This document shows, one piece after another, positions 11,744-25,722 of a DNA stretch of 64,000 bases; positions within the stretch are counted from its first letter, which is position 1, and each line of letters begins with the position of its first letter. Both the position numbers and the translations under genes were made by a program. Below the pieces are notes generated by a model, which worked only from the letters and a program-made list of their open reading frames with translations, was not told the DNA's origin and did no database searches. Origin of the DNA: a virus; the IMG/VR virus record IMGVR_UViG_3300028805_000116; one strand, given 5' to 3'.

Positions 11744-14700
11744 ATGGCAGTACAAGATTGTGATGATTTATCAAATATTATTGCTATATGAATATTGTCT
11801 TGAGATGATGATTTAGCTAAAGAGATAGTTAGGCTATCCACACAAAAGAGAGATTCGTTAGTTCGTGCTGGTAAACTTAAATGAGAAGATGCTGTGGAAG
11901 AAGCTACTTGACGAAGTGCTCACGAACTTGAATTAAAAGCCAATTCTGCTGATATAGAGCTCAGAGCTATTGTTCAAGCCAAAATCTTAACTTGAGAAAT
12001 TTGAAATGCGGAAGCGTATGTTGCTTTAGCAGAACAGATAACAAAGTCAGGATGAAGTATGTCTCAACAAATTAGTCTTTTAAATAAATTAAGAAGTGCT
12101 AAGGTTACAGATTTACAGGATATTGCTAAACTACGGTGATGAGCTTATAAAAATTATCCAGCTAAAGCTAAAAAAGAAATGGAAGAAGCTATAGCATCTA
12201 CTATTTCGGCTAACTATAGTATTAGAAAATATTCTGACTTTATGAGTTGAGAAGTTTCTGATTTAAAGACACAACTTAAAAATAAGAAGATAACTCAAGA
12301 ACAATATGAAGAGCAGATGAAATGACTCCATAAGAAGGTTATGGATAGAATAAACGCTTGAGAAAATCCAAAAGATTTTGTCCCTATTGATAAAGAATGG
12401 GATACTATAAAAAGAATTTACTCTACAGAGAATGTAGATTCTGATGCTATTACTGAAGTATTAGAATCCAGATGAAAAGCCTGGGTTCAATATGTAGCAG
12501 CTAGAGAATTATTAGCTGACTGAATGGTTGACGATGAATTACTTAAGGCTTTCGAGTCTTTGTTTGAAATGGATAATTTAGTAGGAGAATTAACTATTGA
12601 TGATATTGCTAAATTCTGAAAATGAGACTTAGATAAATTATTAGCCTTAGCCTTTACAAATACAGAACAATTATATAAAGATTGAATGCTAAGAGAGGCT
12701 TATAGAGCTAAACTTGTTGAGGTAACTTCTTGAATGAAAGTCTCTAAAGAGAATATAGCTAAAGCTACATCTATTATGAATACGATAGGTTTTGCTGAAC
12801 AATGAGCTTCCTTTGCTGATATAGCTACAGCTGACGCCGCAGCGCGTGCGGCTAGAAAGAGATGATTTAAGGTAAAAGATTGAAAAACTTTCTTGAATTC
12901 CTTAAAGTCATTCTTGAGAAAAGAAGAGGATAAAATGTTTGACTGACCTATTGTTATCGATTGAATAGAGATGACGGCTAAGGATATTATCCAAATTATA
13001 TACGATATAACTTGAGATGAAAATATCCTTAAGTTAATTAGAATAGGGTTTTATTCAGACGAAACTATATTATCTATTGCTACATCTAAATTGTTTAATG
13101 ATTCAGATGATGCTGCAAAGAAAATATTAAAATTATTTTCTAAGGCTTGAGATTGAAACACAATTGCCAATACTAGGAATATAGCTTTAAAAGCTATCAC
13201 TTGAGAAGAGATTAGAGAATGAGCAAAAATTGGATTCTTTAATTTTAGAAAAAATCTCTATTTTAAAGATGAATTAGATAGTGCTAAAGCTGAATTCTAT
13301 GATAAGTTAGCAGATAGAAATAAGATGAAGGTAGATTCATCTGATATTGAAGATATAACTCTAGATACTGATGATGCGGACAAAATAGCAGACAAACTAA
13401 GAAAATTTAAATGAGGGTATATTATTGTAAACGATGCTAGATATAAGACTAATAAGGCATTTAATGACGCTCTTAATAAGGTTAATAGTGAAATCAAGAA
13501 TGAAGAGGATAAGATAACTTGTATCTTTCCTAGATGATGAATGTCCTCTAGTTTTGTTATGGAATGAAAACAATTATACTTTAAAACTACAAACGCTAAA
13601 ATTTTCGATAATGTAGCTTGAACTATATCTATTCAATCTATGTGAAAATCTAGGCCGACAAGAGAAATTATTGCTAAAGCTTTTGAGGCTAAGACAGGTA
13701 AAAATGGAGATAAACTTAGATACCAGGCTAGTTATACTAAATGAGTATCTGATAGTCAATGAAGAAAACTTTCAGACCAGCAATACGAATATTTTAAAAA
13801 TTCTGTTGTGAGAGATGAGAATTGAAATTTAACCCCTGTATATCATTGAACTGTGGATAGATTCAATATCCCAGATATGTGAAAATCTAAGTTTGCTGCA
13901 CATTGACCTTGAATGTATTTTTCCACAAGTAGAGATGCTGCAGAAACATATTCTAGATTAAAAGATAATCGCTGGAACCCATTTAAGAAGCGTAGAATAA
14001 TAGAGGCATATCTTGATATTAGAAATCCTATAACTGAAGATACTGTTTGATTCGATGATGCTTGGTTAAATGAATTAGAAGCTCTATGATATATTATCGA
14101 TAGAGATATGGTTAAGAGACAGAAATGAAAGGTAAAAGATATATACAATGTTCTTTATATGTTTCAAGATAAAAAGAAGCAATGACAATTTGTTACAGAC
14201 TTTAAAAGGGTTACTTGATTTGATGGTATCAGAATAGATATGCGTTGAGATGAAAAGTATTGGATAGTATTTGAAGCTAATCAGGTAAAGTATGTAGATA
14301 ATAAATTACCTACAAGTAAGCCTAATATGAAGTATCAGGGAAGGGACAGTAATTTATTGTTTATAGAACAACCTACAGAAAAAGAAATAGATGATTACTT
14401 ATCTGAAAACAACGTGTCAGATATATTATTAAAGAGATTTTGAGAAGCTAAAAGTTTAGACGAGTGATTATTTATTACAAGGGATTGAAAAATAATTTCT
14501 TGAAGATATAGACCAGATATATATCCAGTTAATAAAATTTGGGATGATGCGTGATACAAATTAAATTTAGAACATCCTACTGCTATAGAAACTGCCGTAT
14601 TCGATTTGTGGAAAAATGTGGGGAAGGCTGACACGTATGAAACTGCATCTAAAATGCTTTTGGATAGAGCGATGGAAAAAGAATGATTAATCCGCATTCG

Positions 14701-17700
14701 CCCAAGAATTTTGTCTGATTGAAATGAGCTTATTATTACTATAGCTAGTAAAGAATTAAGCCCACAACAAAAGGCTGTTCTTTCGGAATATATTTCAAAA
14801 TTTAAAGAAGACTTTAGGGAATGAACTAGATGACAGATTACAGTAGAGGCCCAACGGACAGACAATAAGGGGATGTACCCTGGCGAGACTATTAATGTAG
14901 GCTTAAATACCAACATTAACGATATTGATAAAGTATTAAAAGAAAAAATAAATTCTCAAATTAGTGAGCATATTCCTGATGAACAAGTTTTAAAAAATAG
15001 AGCTAAACAAAAGGAGACTTATTGAGAAGGAATATCATTAATAAGGCTATGAGAAAAACAACCATCATTTATGAGACGTTTAGATGATTATGTTTCTCAG
15101 CAAGATGTAGCAGCAACTGATGCTATGAAGGCGCAGATGTTTACAAAAGATAGAACTGTTCAAGAAATAGCTGATGCTTATTGAGTATCTGTTGAGTTTG
15201 TAAAATGAACTAATATGATTGCTTGAGTTGAGGCTTATTGAGCGTATTGAGATGGTATTATCTATTTCACAGATATGGTTAAGGAGAGTACAGCTCCACA
15301 CGAATTGTTCCACGCCATATTTGATATGCACGTAGGTAAAGAACAACACGATAAATTACTCAAACAATGAAGTAAACTCTTCAATGTTAGTGAAGACGAA
15401 ATGGAGGAAATAATGGCAGATAGTTTTGCTCATTGGTTTAATACTTGAGAGTTTATTTACTGAGACGAACTTATAAAGGCTGCTAAAAAGAAGAGACCTA
15501 ATAAAGCAGAAAAATCATTTATAAATAAGGTATTAGAAGTCTTTAAAGACTTAAAGAAATGGTTATGATTAATGGATGACCATAGGGCTGAAGTTAAACA
15601 GATGTTCGACGATATGGTAAATATGAAATATCTACCAGACGCTTGAAAAGCTGTTGAAGCTACGGAAGCTATGATTAAATATAATGATGACTTGGAGAAG
15701 GCTGCTATAAAATACTACTGACAATTACTTTGAGATTACCAAGAAGACTTATCTCCAGAATATATTGAAAGGATTCGCACGAAACTTTCAGAAAAAACTT
15801 GAATTGATTTTAAATCTTTTGACCAAATCCAAGATAAGGCTCTACTATGGCAAAAGGTTGATGAAGCTTTTGTTGTAGATAAATTAGTTTCAGGTAGATA
15901 TGATAAAGAGATTGTAGATGTAGACAATTTAATTAATTGAATAGAGAAACTTACAGATAAAGAGTTAGAGGATGTTATATTCAAAGATTTATGAGTTTTA
16001 AGTAAATGATGAAAGGTTGTAGGTAGAGATACTATTGATGCAATAAGAAACGCATATATAGATTATAAAACTGCCTGAAATGCCGTAGATAGTTTAATAG
16101 CTAAAGGTAAACTTACAGCTTATATACATTGAACTGAGGCGCAGAATGTATCTATGGAAGATATAAGGGCAATATTCCAGAATTGAACATTCGCTCAAAA
16201 ATATAAAGAAATGTTCTTCCCTAATCAAAAACTTACAGCAAAAGAAGAACAAGAGATAATAAAACAAATCAATGATAATATATTTGATACTTTATCAATT
16301 CAGTTTGCTGAAAATTTAGTATCAGCTTGATATGAATTGCCTTTGATAAATATCAAAACATTTATGTATGACTATTTAAATTGAAAGTTAGACTTAAATA
16401 ACAAGTTTGTTGAAGCATTTCTTTATAAAAATAATATTCCATTTTCATCCGATTGATTAAGATGAATTGTAGATAGTTTAATGCCATCAGAATTAAACTT
16501 CAACTATAATTTCTCAAATTATTCATATTGACTTGGGCAAAGGCCTCACGTCTGAGAAAAGGCTGTGTTCAAGGAAGTTGATAATAGGTTTGTTATGGAC
16601 AGTTATTCAGCTTTAGCCTGAATAGAATTAGCTGCTAAGTGATGAATTCCTGAAAATGAGGAAAGGAAAATATTAGAAGAAATCCTTACTAAATATGTAA
16701 ACGAGGTAATTAAATGAGTCAAAGATTGAACGTTAGATTTCAAATGAGCTCAAGAATTAAAACAAGAAGTATGATATGCTTTAGATATGTTTGAACAGGA
16801 TATATTATTGCCTAAATATGGTATATTCTTATCTCCTCAAGAAAAGCAATGACTTATAGGAATGAAATATGACTTGCCTATTTGAGTAAAATGACAAAAC
16901 ATAACTAATGTGACTAAGCAGCTAAACGACATAAAACAGAAGCTCTTAAATAAATATGATAATACGCTATGAAGTATAGTAGAAAATAATGATATTAATG
17001 AAGCAATTCTTAAATGAATTAAAAGTGAAGATGAAAGAATACAAAAGAAAATAGATGCTAGAAGAGATATGTTAGCTGAGAGGTGATGAGTTATCAGAGA
17101 GGTTAATTGACAATATTTGGTATATAATGCTAAACAGGCATTAGAATATGCTTTAGAAGATTTGCCTCCAAGTATTAATTGATTAGAATGACTTAGAGTG
17201 CTATGAAAAGAATGAATTGATAAATTATCTAATCAACAGGCATATGCTTTACTTAGATATATAGAAGCTGCTAAAAGCCTAGATGCCACAGCTTGATATG
17301 CTATAGAGCTTATGTATAAACAAAACCCTATGCTACTTCAATATAATTTCTTTGAAGCATATAGAGTATGAGACCAATGAATTCCTAAAGCATTAGAATG
17401 AAATTCATTAAATTTTGACAAACTATTATCTAGATTAGAAAATACAGCTAAGCTTGATGAAACATCTAAGAAGAATATATTTGAATGAGTTATTAATAAG
17501 TTTAGAAAACAATGATATGTTACTAATGATGACTTAGATGATATTATTGATAAGTGAATAAAAGAAGCATACGCAACATATAAACAGTCGCATATGTCTC
17601 CTAAAGAGATAAAGAAAGCCGTAAATAAAATGAAGAATATTTACAAGAAAGCTTTCGCTCCTTACACTTATTTAAGAGATATTCCTTCTTGAGGAACTGT

Positions 17701-20700
17701 AGATTGAGTAGAATTCAGGAATATAAAATCTAAAGTAAGGGAGGCTATGAAACAGCAATACAATCAAGCTATGGAAGATTTAAAGTCGGTATGAATTACA
17801 AATACGGATTGAATTCAAGATACTATATATCTCACCCTTCCAACTTGACAGAAGATGTCTCTTAGAGATGCTTCTACATTAGATGTTGATAGTTGGAAAA
17901 AATGAATATTTAATGATGAAAGTGTTTATGTAGCTTGAGCTGATGAATTATGAGCTGCTTGAAAGAAGACTGTAGAAGAGCAAAAGGAGTTCAGGAAAAC
18001 TATGGTTAACGAATATGACTCGACATTACAGACTATACTGAACCAATCTCAGTTTATTAGCGAATCAGAAAGAGCATTACAAGGTTCTATTATGAGTGAC
18101 GTAAGGGCTATGTTAAGACAATGAAATCTTACAAACTTAATAGTAGATGCTTTAGATGCCGTAAGTTGACTTAATGAAGAGGCTGCTAGATGAATAAAGG
18201 ATTATCTTATCTGATGGAAGTGAAACGTTTCATTCTGAAAATGGAAGTCTTCTCAGATTATAGAGAGAAATGAATTAGTAAAGAAAGCATACGCACAATA
18301 TTATGCTATGGATTTGTCTAAACTTAATAAGGTAACTCCTTGAACAAAAGCAGAAGACTTAGCTTTAAGATTAGCAAGATACTTTAAAAATTTGGAAAGA
18401 TTATTAGGTAGTGCAGATTGAGTAACTTGATGTACTACAAGTAATCAATTAAATAGAGCGTTCTTCCATATAGGTGAAGTTGTTATGAATGTGGATAGTG
18501 TAAAGTGAATTTTCTGATTATTATCTGCGGTAGAACAAAACCAGATATTAAAGTTGTTTAAGTTTGCTAAGTGAGATTTAAGAAAACAAGCTGAGGTATT
18601 TATTCGTAAAGGTAAAGGTAATTTTACTGAGAGCCTTTGATGATATAGAGACTACGCAGAAGATATTAGTTGAATTACTAGAGATGAGTTCAATGAGATT
18701 TTCTGAACATCATTTAACGAGGACGATTTTAAGAAAATACTTCAATGACTTACAGGTTTCTCATTGGTATGATGAGTTACTAAACCTGTTATGAAAGCAT
18801 TGAATTTCTTGAGCTGAACTAATTTCATATTTAGAGCTGCAATGTCTTACCCTTGACAGCTACTTACAATTCCTTTACAAAGCACAGCATATTTCTTAAA
18901 ACAGATATGATTTGAAAGAGCTTTGGATATTGATAGCTTATCTGATATTGACGAAGTTAGAGTTCATTATTGAATTTTGGATTGAGCATATAACGAAATT
19001 AATTGGTTTAATAAAAAATATAGGGTTAGTCCAGATGATGTTAGAGTAGATAGTTACTATAATAGGTACTGAATCCCTGATGTAGAATGAATTTATAAAA
19101 CTACATCCATAGAGAGCAGTGATGATTACATAAATATGTATGCTAAAATTAATAATCAAACTGCATCAAGTATCAGTTCTACAAATAAATGGATAAGACA
19201 ACTAGACCCATATAAAGATAATGCAAATAACATTATAGACTGATTATTCGCTAGAAACTTTAAAAACATAGCGTTCCAAAAAGCTATAAGACAGAATGAC
19301 TTTATGCAATTTTCTTCAGCAAAAGAGTTCTTAGCCTTTATGGAAGACCCTACGGTATGAGGTTCTGTAAAGCAAAAACTATTAGATAGAGTTGCTGCTT
19401 ATTCAGGTAGAAACTTTAGAAATATCCTTTGATTAGGATTCTGATGAATTGATAGAGCTGTATGATGAAGTGGATTTGGAAACATAATGTACTGACTTAT
19501 GCAGATGTTTAACTTTAGATGAAGTTGGTGACAGAATATATTTAAACAAGCTTGAGCTGCTATTAAGACTTGACTAAAGATAGTGAAAGCAAATCCTTGG
19601 TTAAGTAGAGAATGAAGAGATGCCGTTGGTAGATATATAGCTACACAGCCAGAATTTATGAATTTTGTCTGAGCTTTATTTAATGACTTAAAACGAAGTT
19701 GGAGGTTACAAAGATTCCAAGATAATTGAAGATGGCCAGATAACGAAGATATGTATGTGACTACAGAGTTCTGAGATGTATTTGACGCATATTCAGCTTT
19801 AGATTTTATAGATTACTTAACAGAATCTTTAAGTCTTACTTCACAATTATTCCAGTGAATACAATCATTCTGACCTGCTAGACCAATATTAGAATGAGTA
19901 GAAAGCGCATATAAATCATATATGGACCCTACAATTTATAAAGATACATTCTGAATTTGAGCTTTCTTTAATGCTTTATGAAAGAACTTCTGAAGACAAT
20001 GGAAACCACATAACTGGATTGCTAAAGCATTATGAGCCTTAACTACAGATTGACCTGAGGCATTCTGGACATATGTACAAAATGAATGGTATAAATTATC
20101 ATTTGGTTCTGTAAGGTATATGGTTAATGAAGATAGTAATTCTTATGGATATACTTTCGAAATGACTTGACAACAATGATGAATTCCGTCTATTATAATG
20201 TGAGAATGAAAACAAGGTTCTGATAAAAATTTCTCTTATGAAATAGATAATACAGAGACTTGGGAGACTATAAAACAATTATTTAGTAGCTGAAACTCTT
20301 GGGACGATAGACTTACATATGCCTGAAATCTTTGAAAAGCATTTGTTAACTGAAGTCAGTTCTTTAGTTTATGGAAGAATGCTTGAAAGGCTTGGAATAG
20401 GAATGCTCCAAGTTATTATACAGCAGATGATTTAGCAGATGTTTTACAAAATACTGAAGCTTGATTAGAGTTTTACCAGAAATGAATTGTAACTCCTAAA
20501 ACAAAAGAAGAAGCTGAGATATTCTTTGATACAATATTAGAAAATTCTAAGTTCCGTCCTTGAAGTAGTAATTTTACTAAATCATTAATCAATTATGAGG
20601 ATTATTGACATATGAATGGTAAAGAGAAATGAAATGAAGCTGATGCTGAAATGGAACTTTGGCTAGACCATATGAAACACGTAACTGATGACCATTGAGT

Positions 20701-21952
20701 TATAAGAAAAAATTGAAGCGAGGAGACGGTTGACCCATCTTGGAATAAATTAATTAATGCTGTTAGAAGTTGAGCTTACAATGGAACTTATACAACAAAC
20801 TTGATTTATAACTATGCTAAGACTTGGTTAGACAACCATTCGTCTGACCCTAACTATCAGCTTTATCTTAAACTCTTATGACAATGACAAGCTCATAAAT
20901 TAATTGAGTCTACACAAGACGATATTATAAAAGCTTGGAATGCTGGTAAGAAATGAGTTGATAATAAATGGACGGAGACTGAGTTCAAAAACGCCTGATT
21001 AAGGAGAGATATGTTATTATCTATGTGAAACACTCCTTTACCTTGAGATACTGAAACATTCTTTGATAAACTACAAGTTCTAGATGAGGATAATGCCACA
21101 GTTGCAGCATTACAAATCATTCAGAACCAAGCAAAAGAATGAGATAGAAAAATTATTGATAAGTTCTTTAATGTAAAAGAGAATGATGATTGAACAAAGT
21201 CTGTTACATTAAGAAGACAATATGAAAGTACATTAACTCAGATTTGAGCTGTTGCTAAAGCTATTGATGAATGAAATCTTGAGAGGGCAATATCTGAATC
21301 TTCTATTCTTACAAATATGTATAAGAACCAAGACCCATCAGGAGCTGTAACTGCTACATTGATTGATAGTGTTGTTAATAGAATATACGATACAGATAGT
21401 TTTTCTCCTGAGCAAAAGCAAGAAGCTATTATAGCATTATTCCATCATAATAAAGAATTCATACAAAAGAATCCAGAAAAGCTAAGAGAATTATTATGAG
21501 ATGAATATGATACTTATGCTAATTATATGAATCAGATGCTTTATCAATGGGATTGAGCATTATTGTCTACATTAGAAAGTATGCAGACTAGCTGAAAAGG
21601 TTCATCTTGAACTGCTAAGAAAACTAAAGCTACTTCTAGTGAATTGAAGAAATTAGCCGCCTCTCTAGGTAATGAATGATGAGCTAGAGGAACTTGAACT
21701 GTATGAAGCACAAAATCTTGGGTACCTGTTATTATTAAGTGAGCAGACTTAGTAAAGGAGTTATGAGTAAAATGATATACTCCTAATAAGGTATCATTGT
21801 CTATAAATGCTTATAAGCCTAAGATAGATTTAAGTATAGCTAAAGATATTAACAGAAAAGTTAAATGACCTAAGACACAACAGATATCAAACAAAAAACA
21901 ATTAAGTAAACTTGAAGATAAGGTTACAAAAGCTACTGAAGCAGAAAGTTAG
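11744..21952 (+). CDS. Giant protein, ~3402 aa, polyvalent-protein-like. HExxH zincin-like motif PHELFHAIFDMH at about 15296-15330. H-Y-E-class ADP-ribosyltransferase-like motif VYHGT...GPGMYFSTS near 13850-13950.
   Basis: Single frame from ATG 11744 to TAG 21950-21952. Same frame mod 3 as track ORF 21317-21499 which lies inside it. No TAA/TAG over 10.2 kb, >150 in-frame TGA. Confidence 0.6.
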
Positions 21953-22095
21953 TTAGTACCATAAACAAAAATAAAATAAGACATACAAAATATCTCAGAT
22001 GGAGTATTCTCCATCTTGAGAGTTGTATGTGTCTTAAATTATTTTTCATAACGAAAGTACCTGATATTTCTTTTATATTTTTATGCCAATAAATT

Positions 22096-22419
22096 ATGTC
22101 AATAGATGTAAATCAGATGGAAGACGATGTTCTAACAGAACACGTTGCTCCAGAGAATGAAAAGGCTAGGGAAATGCTGGACAGATTATGCCAAGAAGAA
22201 ATGTGAATGTCTGCTCAAGAGCTTTACCTTAGATGAATTTTACAAGAGATTAAATATCTACAAGATAATGCCAAAGATGGTAGCGATAGAGAAAAGTTAT
22301 TAAAGTACCTCAAGGAGGTAGATAATATATGTTGATTCTCTAAAGATAAAAGGGATGTAAAGATAGAAACTAAGTTACGTAGTGCATCCGACATTTTTAA
22401 TTCAACTAATCTAAATTAA
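22096..22419 (+). CDS. Hypothetical protein, 107 aa
   Basis: ATG 22096, TAA 22417-22419 overlapping the next start (taATG). Confidence 0.5.
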
Positions 22420-24461
22420 TGGAAAACATAGATAGCGAAGTAAAAAAGCAAGAGCAGGAGGCTAAAAAGAAAATCTACCAAGACAACTCCACTGATGCTG
22501 AACGCACCATCTACGGAAAACTCAAAAACATTTTAATCCATTTCAGAGATAATATCTTTCCAGAATGGTTTGATGTTATTAAAATGGATAAACTATATTC
22601 TAAAGAATATGAAGCTTGACTTAAAAAACATAATATGCAATATAAGTCAGCTAAAATATATCCACTTATCACTTCTATCCACGATACATTTATGGCTTCA
22701 TTATACGATAATGACTTGAGACCAAAGATATATCCTATGGAAGAGGTAGAACCATCTACAGTTGATGATGCCCAATTGTTCTTTCAATGGGGAACTGAAA
22801 TATCTGAAACAGAACAAACAAACGAAATTATTAGAAATGAGGCTTCATTAATTTGAGCTTCTTACTGAATGCCAGGTTATACAACAAGCATTATGAAAAA
22901 CGACGATTGAGATAACGTCGTAACATTCATACCTTGCCTATTCCCTGTATCAGCTTTTGAAATGTTTTATAGTGTCTGAGCCACAGATTTCTATAAAGCC
23001 CCAGAGAAGTTTAGAAGAAGATTTATCCCTTTTGATTGACTTAAAGATGCTTTCTACCCTATATGGGATTGAAAGGATTGAATGGGTAAACAAGTAGAAA
23101 AAAAGAAAACAGCTATCCTAGACGCACCTATGCCACTCAGTAAAGCAGATTTTACAAAGATATATGATATTGATGCGTATTCCGCAACGTATTTGGGAAA
23201 CTTGGGTGATGGAACTCCTACTGGTATGATTTATGATACTACATTTAATATTTTGGATAGTTCTAGCTACTGTGAAGTAGTTGACCTATACATAGGTGAT
23301 AAGCTTATGGTTATGGTAAATGGTTACTTTGTTTATTCAGGAGAGAGCCCTTTTAAATATTGAGAAGACTTTGCTATCTCTTGAAAAGATTGACCATTTA
23401 TAGAGTTAACATTTGAAAAAGGAGTTTGATGTATTCCAAGTGGAATTTGAAAGAAAGTTATGTGACATCAGAAGCAGTGTAATGCTTTATTTAACTCTAT
23501 AGCAGATGCTGTTTATAGACATTTAAATCCTGTATTAGCAGCAGTTCAATGAGCTATTACTGACCCTACCACAGGTAACGCTCCTACAAGTATTGGCTAT
23601 GATGAATGAAAGGTTTATTCAATTAATCCATCATACGCTTGAATGAATAATGCTATTACAAAGATAGACTTTACTGATTACAATATCCTTCAATTAGCTA
23701 TGAATCAGTTTGAGAATATCAAAGCTGATGCCTATACTATTTGTTGAGTTAACTCATATGTTCTAGGTTGAGAATGAAAAATTGAACGTTCAAGATACTG
23801 AGCAGAGCAAAGGGTTAATGCCTCTAAAGCTAGACTTAGCCCAATGATTAAATCTATAGGTAGATTCTATGCTAAATTATTCTATCATTGGCTATGACTT
23901 GCTAAACAAAGTTGAGCTAGTGTAGCTTATGTACAGAACGAAGATGAAGAGTATGTAATTAATTTATCTGAATTAGATAAGAAATTTAAAATTGTATGTT
24001 CAGCAGATATCGGAGTTGAAGAAACTAAAGCTTCTAAAGTTCAATGATTATTGACTATGATGCAGAACACTTCAGCATTTGCTACTAACCCTATTACAGG
24101 ATTACCTGATATTGACAATAGGGCATTCCTTGAAAGTGTTGCAGATTATGCAGGACTTAAAGGATTTAAAGCTATGTCAACCGATGAACAGAAACAATAT
24201 ATTGATGATAGTTATGTAATTAAAGATTACATTCAACAAAAAGAAATAGAAGCGCAACAACAAGCACAACAAGCACAACCTCAACCAGAAGAACAGGCTA
24301 TGCCAGCTACCAATGAGCAACCTTCAGAAGAGGAGCTTGCTATGATGATGCAACAAGCACAGTGAGCTAGTCCAGACCAATCAACATTACCTTATGTAAA
24401 TTCACAATATCCTACGCAACAAATAGACGATAGCCAACTTGACTTCGTGTTGCCACAATAA
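22419..24461 (+). CDS. Putative portal protein, ~680 aa. Assignment rests on position, size and an acidic Q-rich C-terminus only.
   Basis: Track ORFs 22419, 22635, 23082 and 24051 are all in one frame and joined by in-frame TGA. TAA at 24459-24461. Sits immediately upstream of the scaffold-like and capsid-like genes. Confidence 0.4.
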
Positions 24462-24471
24462 TATGGAAAGA

Positions 24472-24510
24472 AAATCTGGGTTTAGAACTCAGATTTTTCT
24501 TTTTATTTTA
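24472..24510 (+). terminator. Rho-independent terminator (aaatctgggttt-aga-actcagattt + T-run)
   Basis: 10-bp stem with one mismatch followed by ttctttttatttt. Confidence 0.5.
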
Positions 24511-24556
24511 AAAAGTTATAGTAAAAACCTAAAAATTTATAATCTAAATATAGGAA
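24511..24556 (+). promoter_or_regulatory. Conserved promoter-like motif aaaagttatagtaaaaacctaaaaatttataatctaaatatagg, copy 2
   Basis: See 8292-8334. Confidence 0.5.
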
Positions 24557-24723
24557 AGGTTATTGGATACCTTTCTGTGAGTGATGCGTAGACGCATAAT
24601 GGTGATGGTGGTTGAATGGATTAGCTAGCTATGTGGGAAGTATCTGAGTTGGTAGGCAGAGAAAGTCTATATAGACAGCATAGCTAGTATATCTATTCGC
24701 ATTTATTTCATTTATTAAAAATA
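24557..24723 (+). other. Long, relatively GC-rich, structured 5' leader. Inverted repeats atgcgtagacgcat and gctagctatg/catagctagt. Contains a 14-codon mini-ORF MRRRIMVMVVEWIS.
   Basis: 167 nt between the promoter motif and the scaffold-like gene start, with nested inverted repeats. Confidence 0.3.
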
Positions 24724-25632
24724 ATGAACGGGGAAGAAACCACAACTTTAGGAGCAGTTGCTGAGAGTCAGCAAAATATCTCCAATCCAAATGAAACTGC
24801 ACCAGTTGCAGAACAGCCAGTTCAGCCTGAACAACCTGAACAAACTACAGTTGCCGATAACAACTGAACTTGAACTTCAAGTTGAGATGTTGCACAAACA
24901 ACTCAAACTGCTGAAGCTCCTGTTGAACAGAAAGATGTTCTTGAGGAAGTTAATAAGATACTTAACGAAAACAAAACATTAGAAACTGTTGCTCAAGAGA
25001 CTGAAGCAAATCAAACTCAAAAAGAGAATGAAGCTGCTCTTAATGAGATTGTTAAAGAAACTACAAAAGACCTTCCATCTGAAACAGCTACAGATGTAAA
25101 AGCTGAAGTAACTTCTTCATCTGAAGAATCAGATAAGCTTGACGAAGAGTTAAAGCAATGACTTGAAGATGTCAAAGATAAGAAGTCTGCTGAAGAAATG
25201 GCTAAGAAAGTTTACTTAGCATTCCAAAAAGAAAGAAGTATGCACCAGTTCGATAATGAACAAAATGCTAATACTATTCAAATTCTTAAGGATATGAATA
25301 AGAAACTTAATGAACAGGTTACTACTACGGATAATGACCCTAGAGTAACAAAACTTGATGATGAGTTCTATACTCTTTGGAGACTAGAACAATCATACAA
25401 AAAAGATAAAAGTGAAGTTAGCAAGAAAAATCTAACTCGCTATTATGTTGCAAAATTAGCAGTATTGAATCCTTCAATAAGTGCTAATAAAATTATGGAT
25501 GTATTTAATAATGCTCCATTAAAATCTAATACTATGTGAGAAGGTGTACCTACGTCTGCGCCAGTTGCCGAAGTAGAGAAACCTGCTCCAACTCCTAGAT
25601 GAATACCTTTATCTAAAAGATGAATGTACTAA
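24724..25632 (+). CDS. Scaffold-like acidic protein, 302 aa (E/Q/T-rich)
   Basis: ATG 24724 to TAA 25630-25632. Same frame as track ORF 25198-25539. Sits directly upstream of the capsid-like gene. Confidence 0.45.
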
Positions 25633-25722
25633 TCTAGTTGTTAATTATTTATTTAATTAACTTTGAGCCACGCTTGGAATAGCGTGAGCTTTTTTCGTTT
25701 TATTCTTAATTGGTAAATTTAA

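Noticed and set aside
8865-21120. Numerous 60-170-aa minus-strand ORFs in the six-frame track (e.g. 14395-14916, 13843-14148, 20893-21120)
   Set aside because: They lie antisense to the long TGA-containing plus-strand frames (8665-11733 and 11744-21952). They are low-complexity and exist only because AT-rich antisense strands lack stops. None has recognisable motifs.
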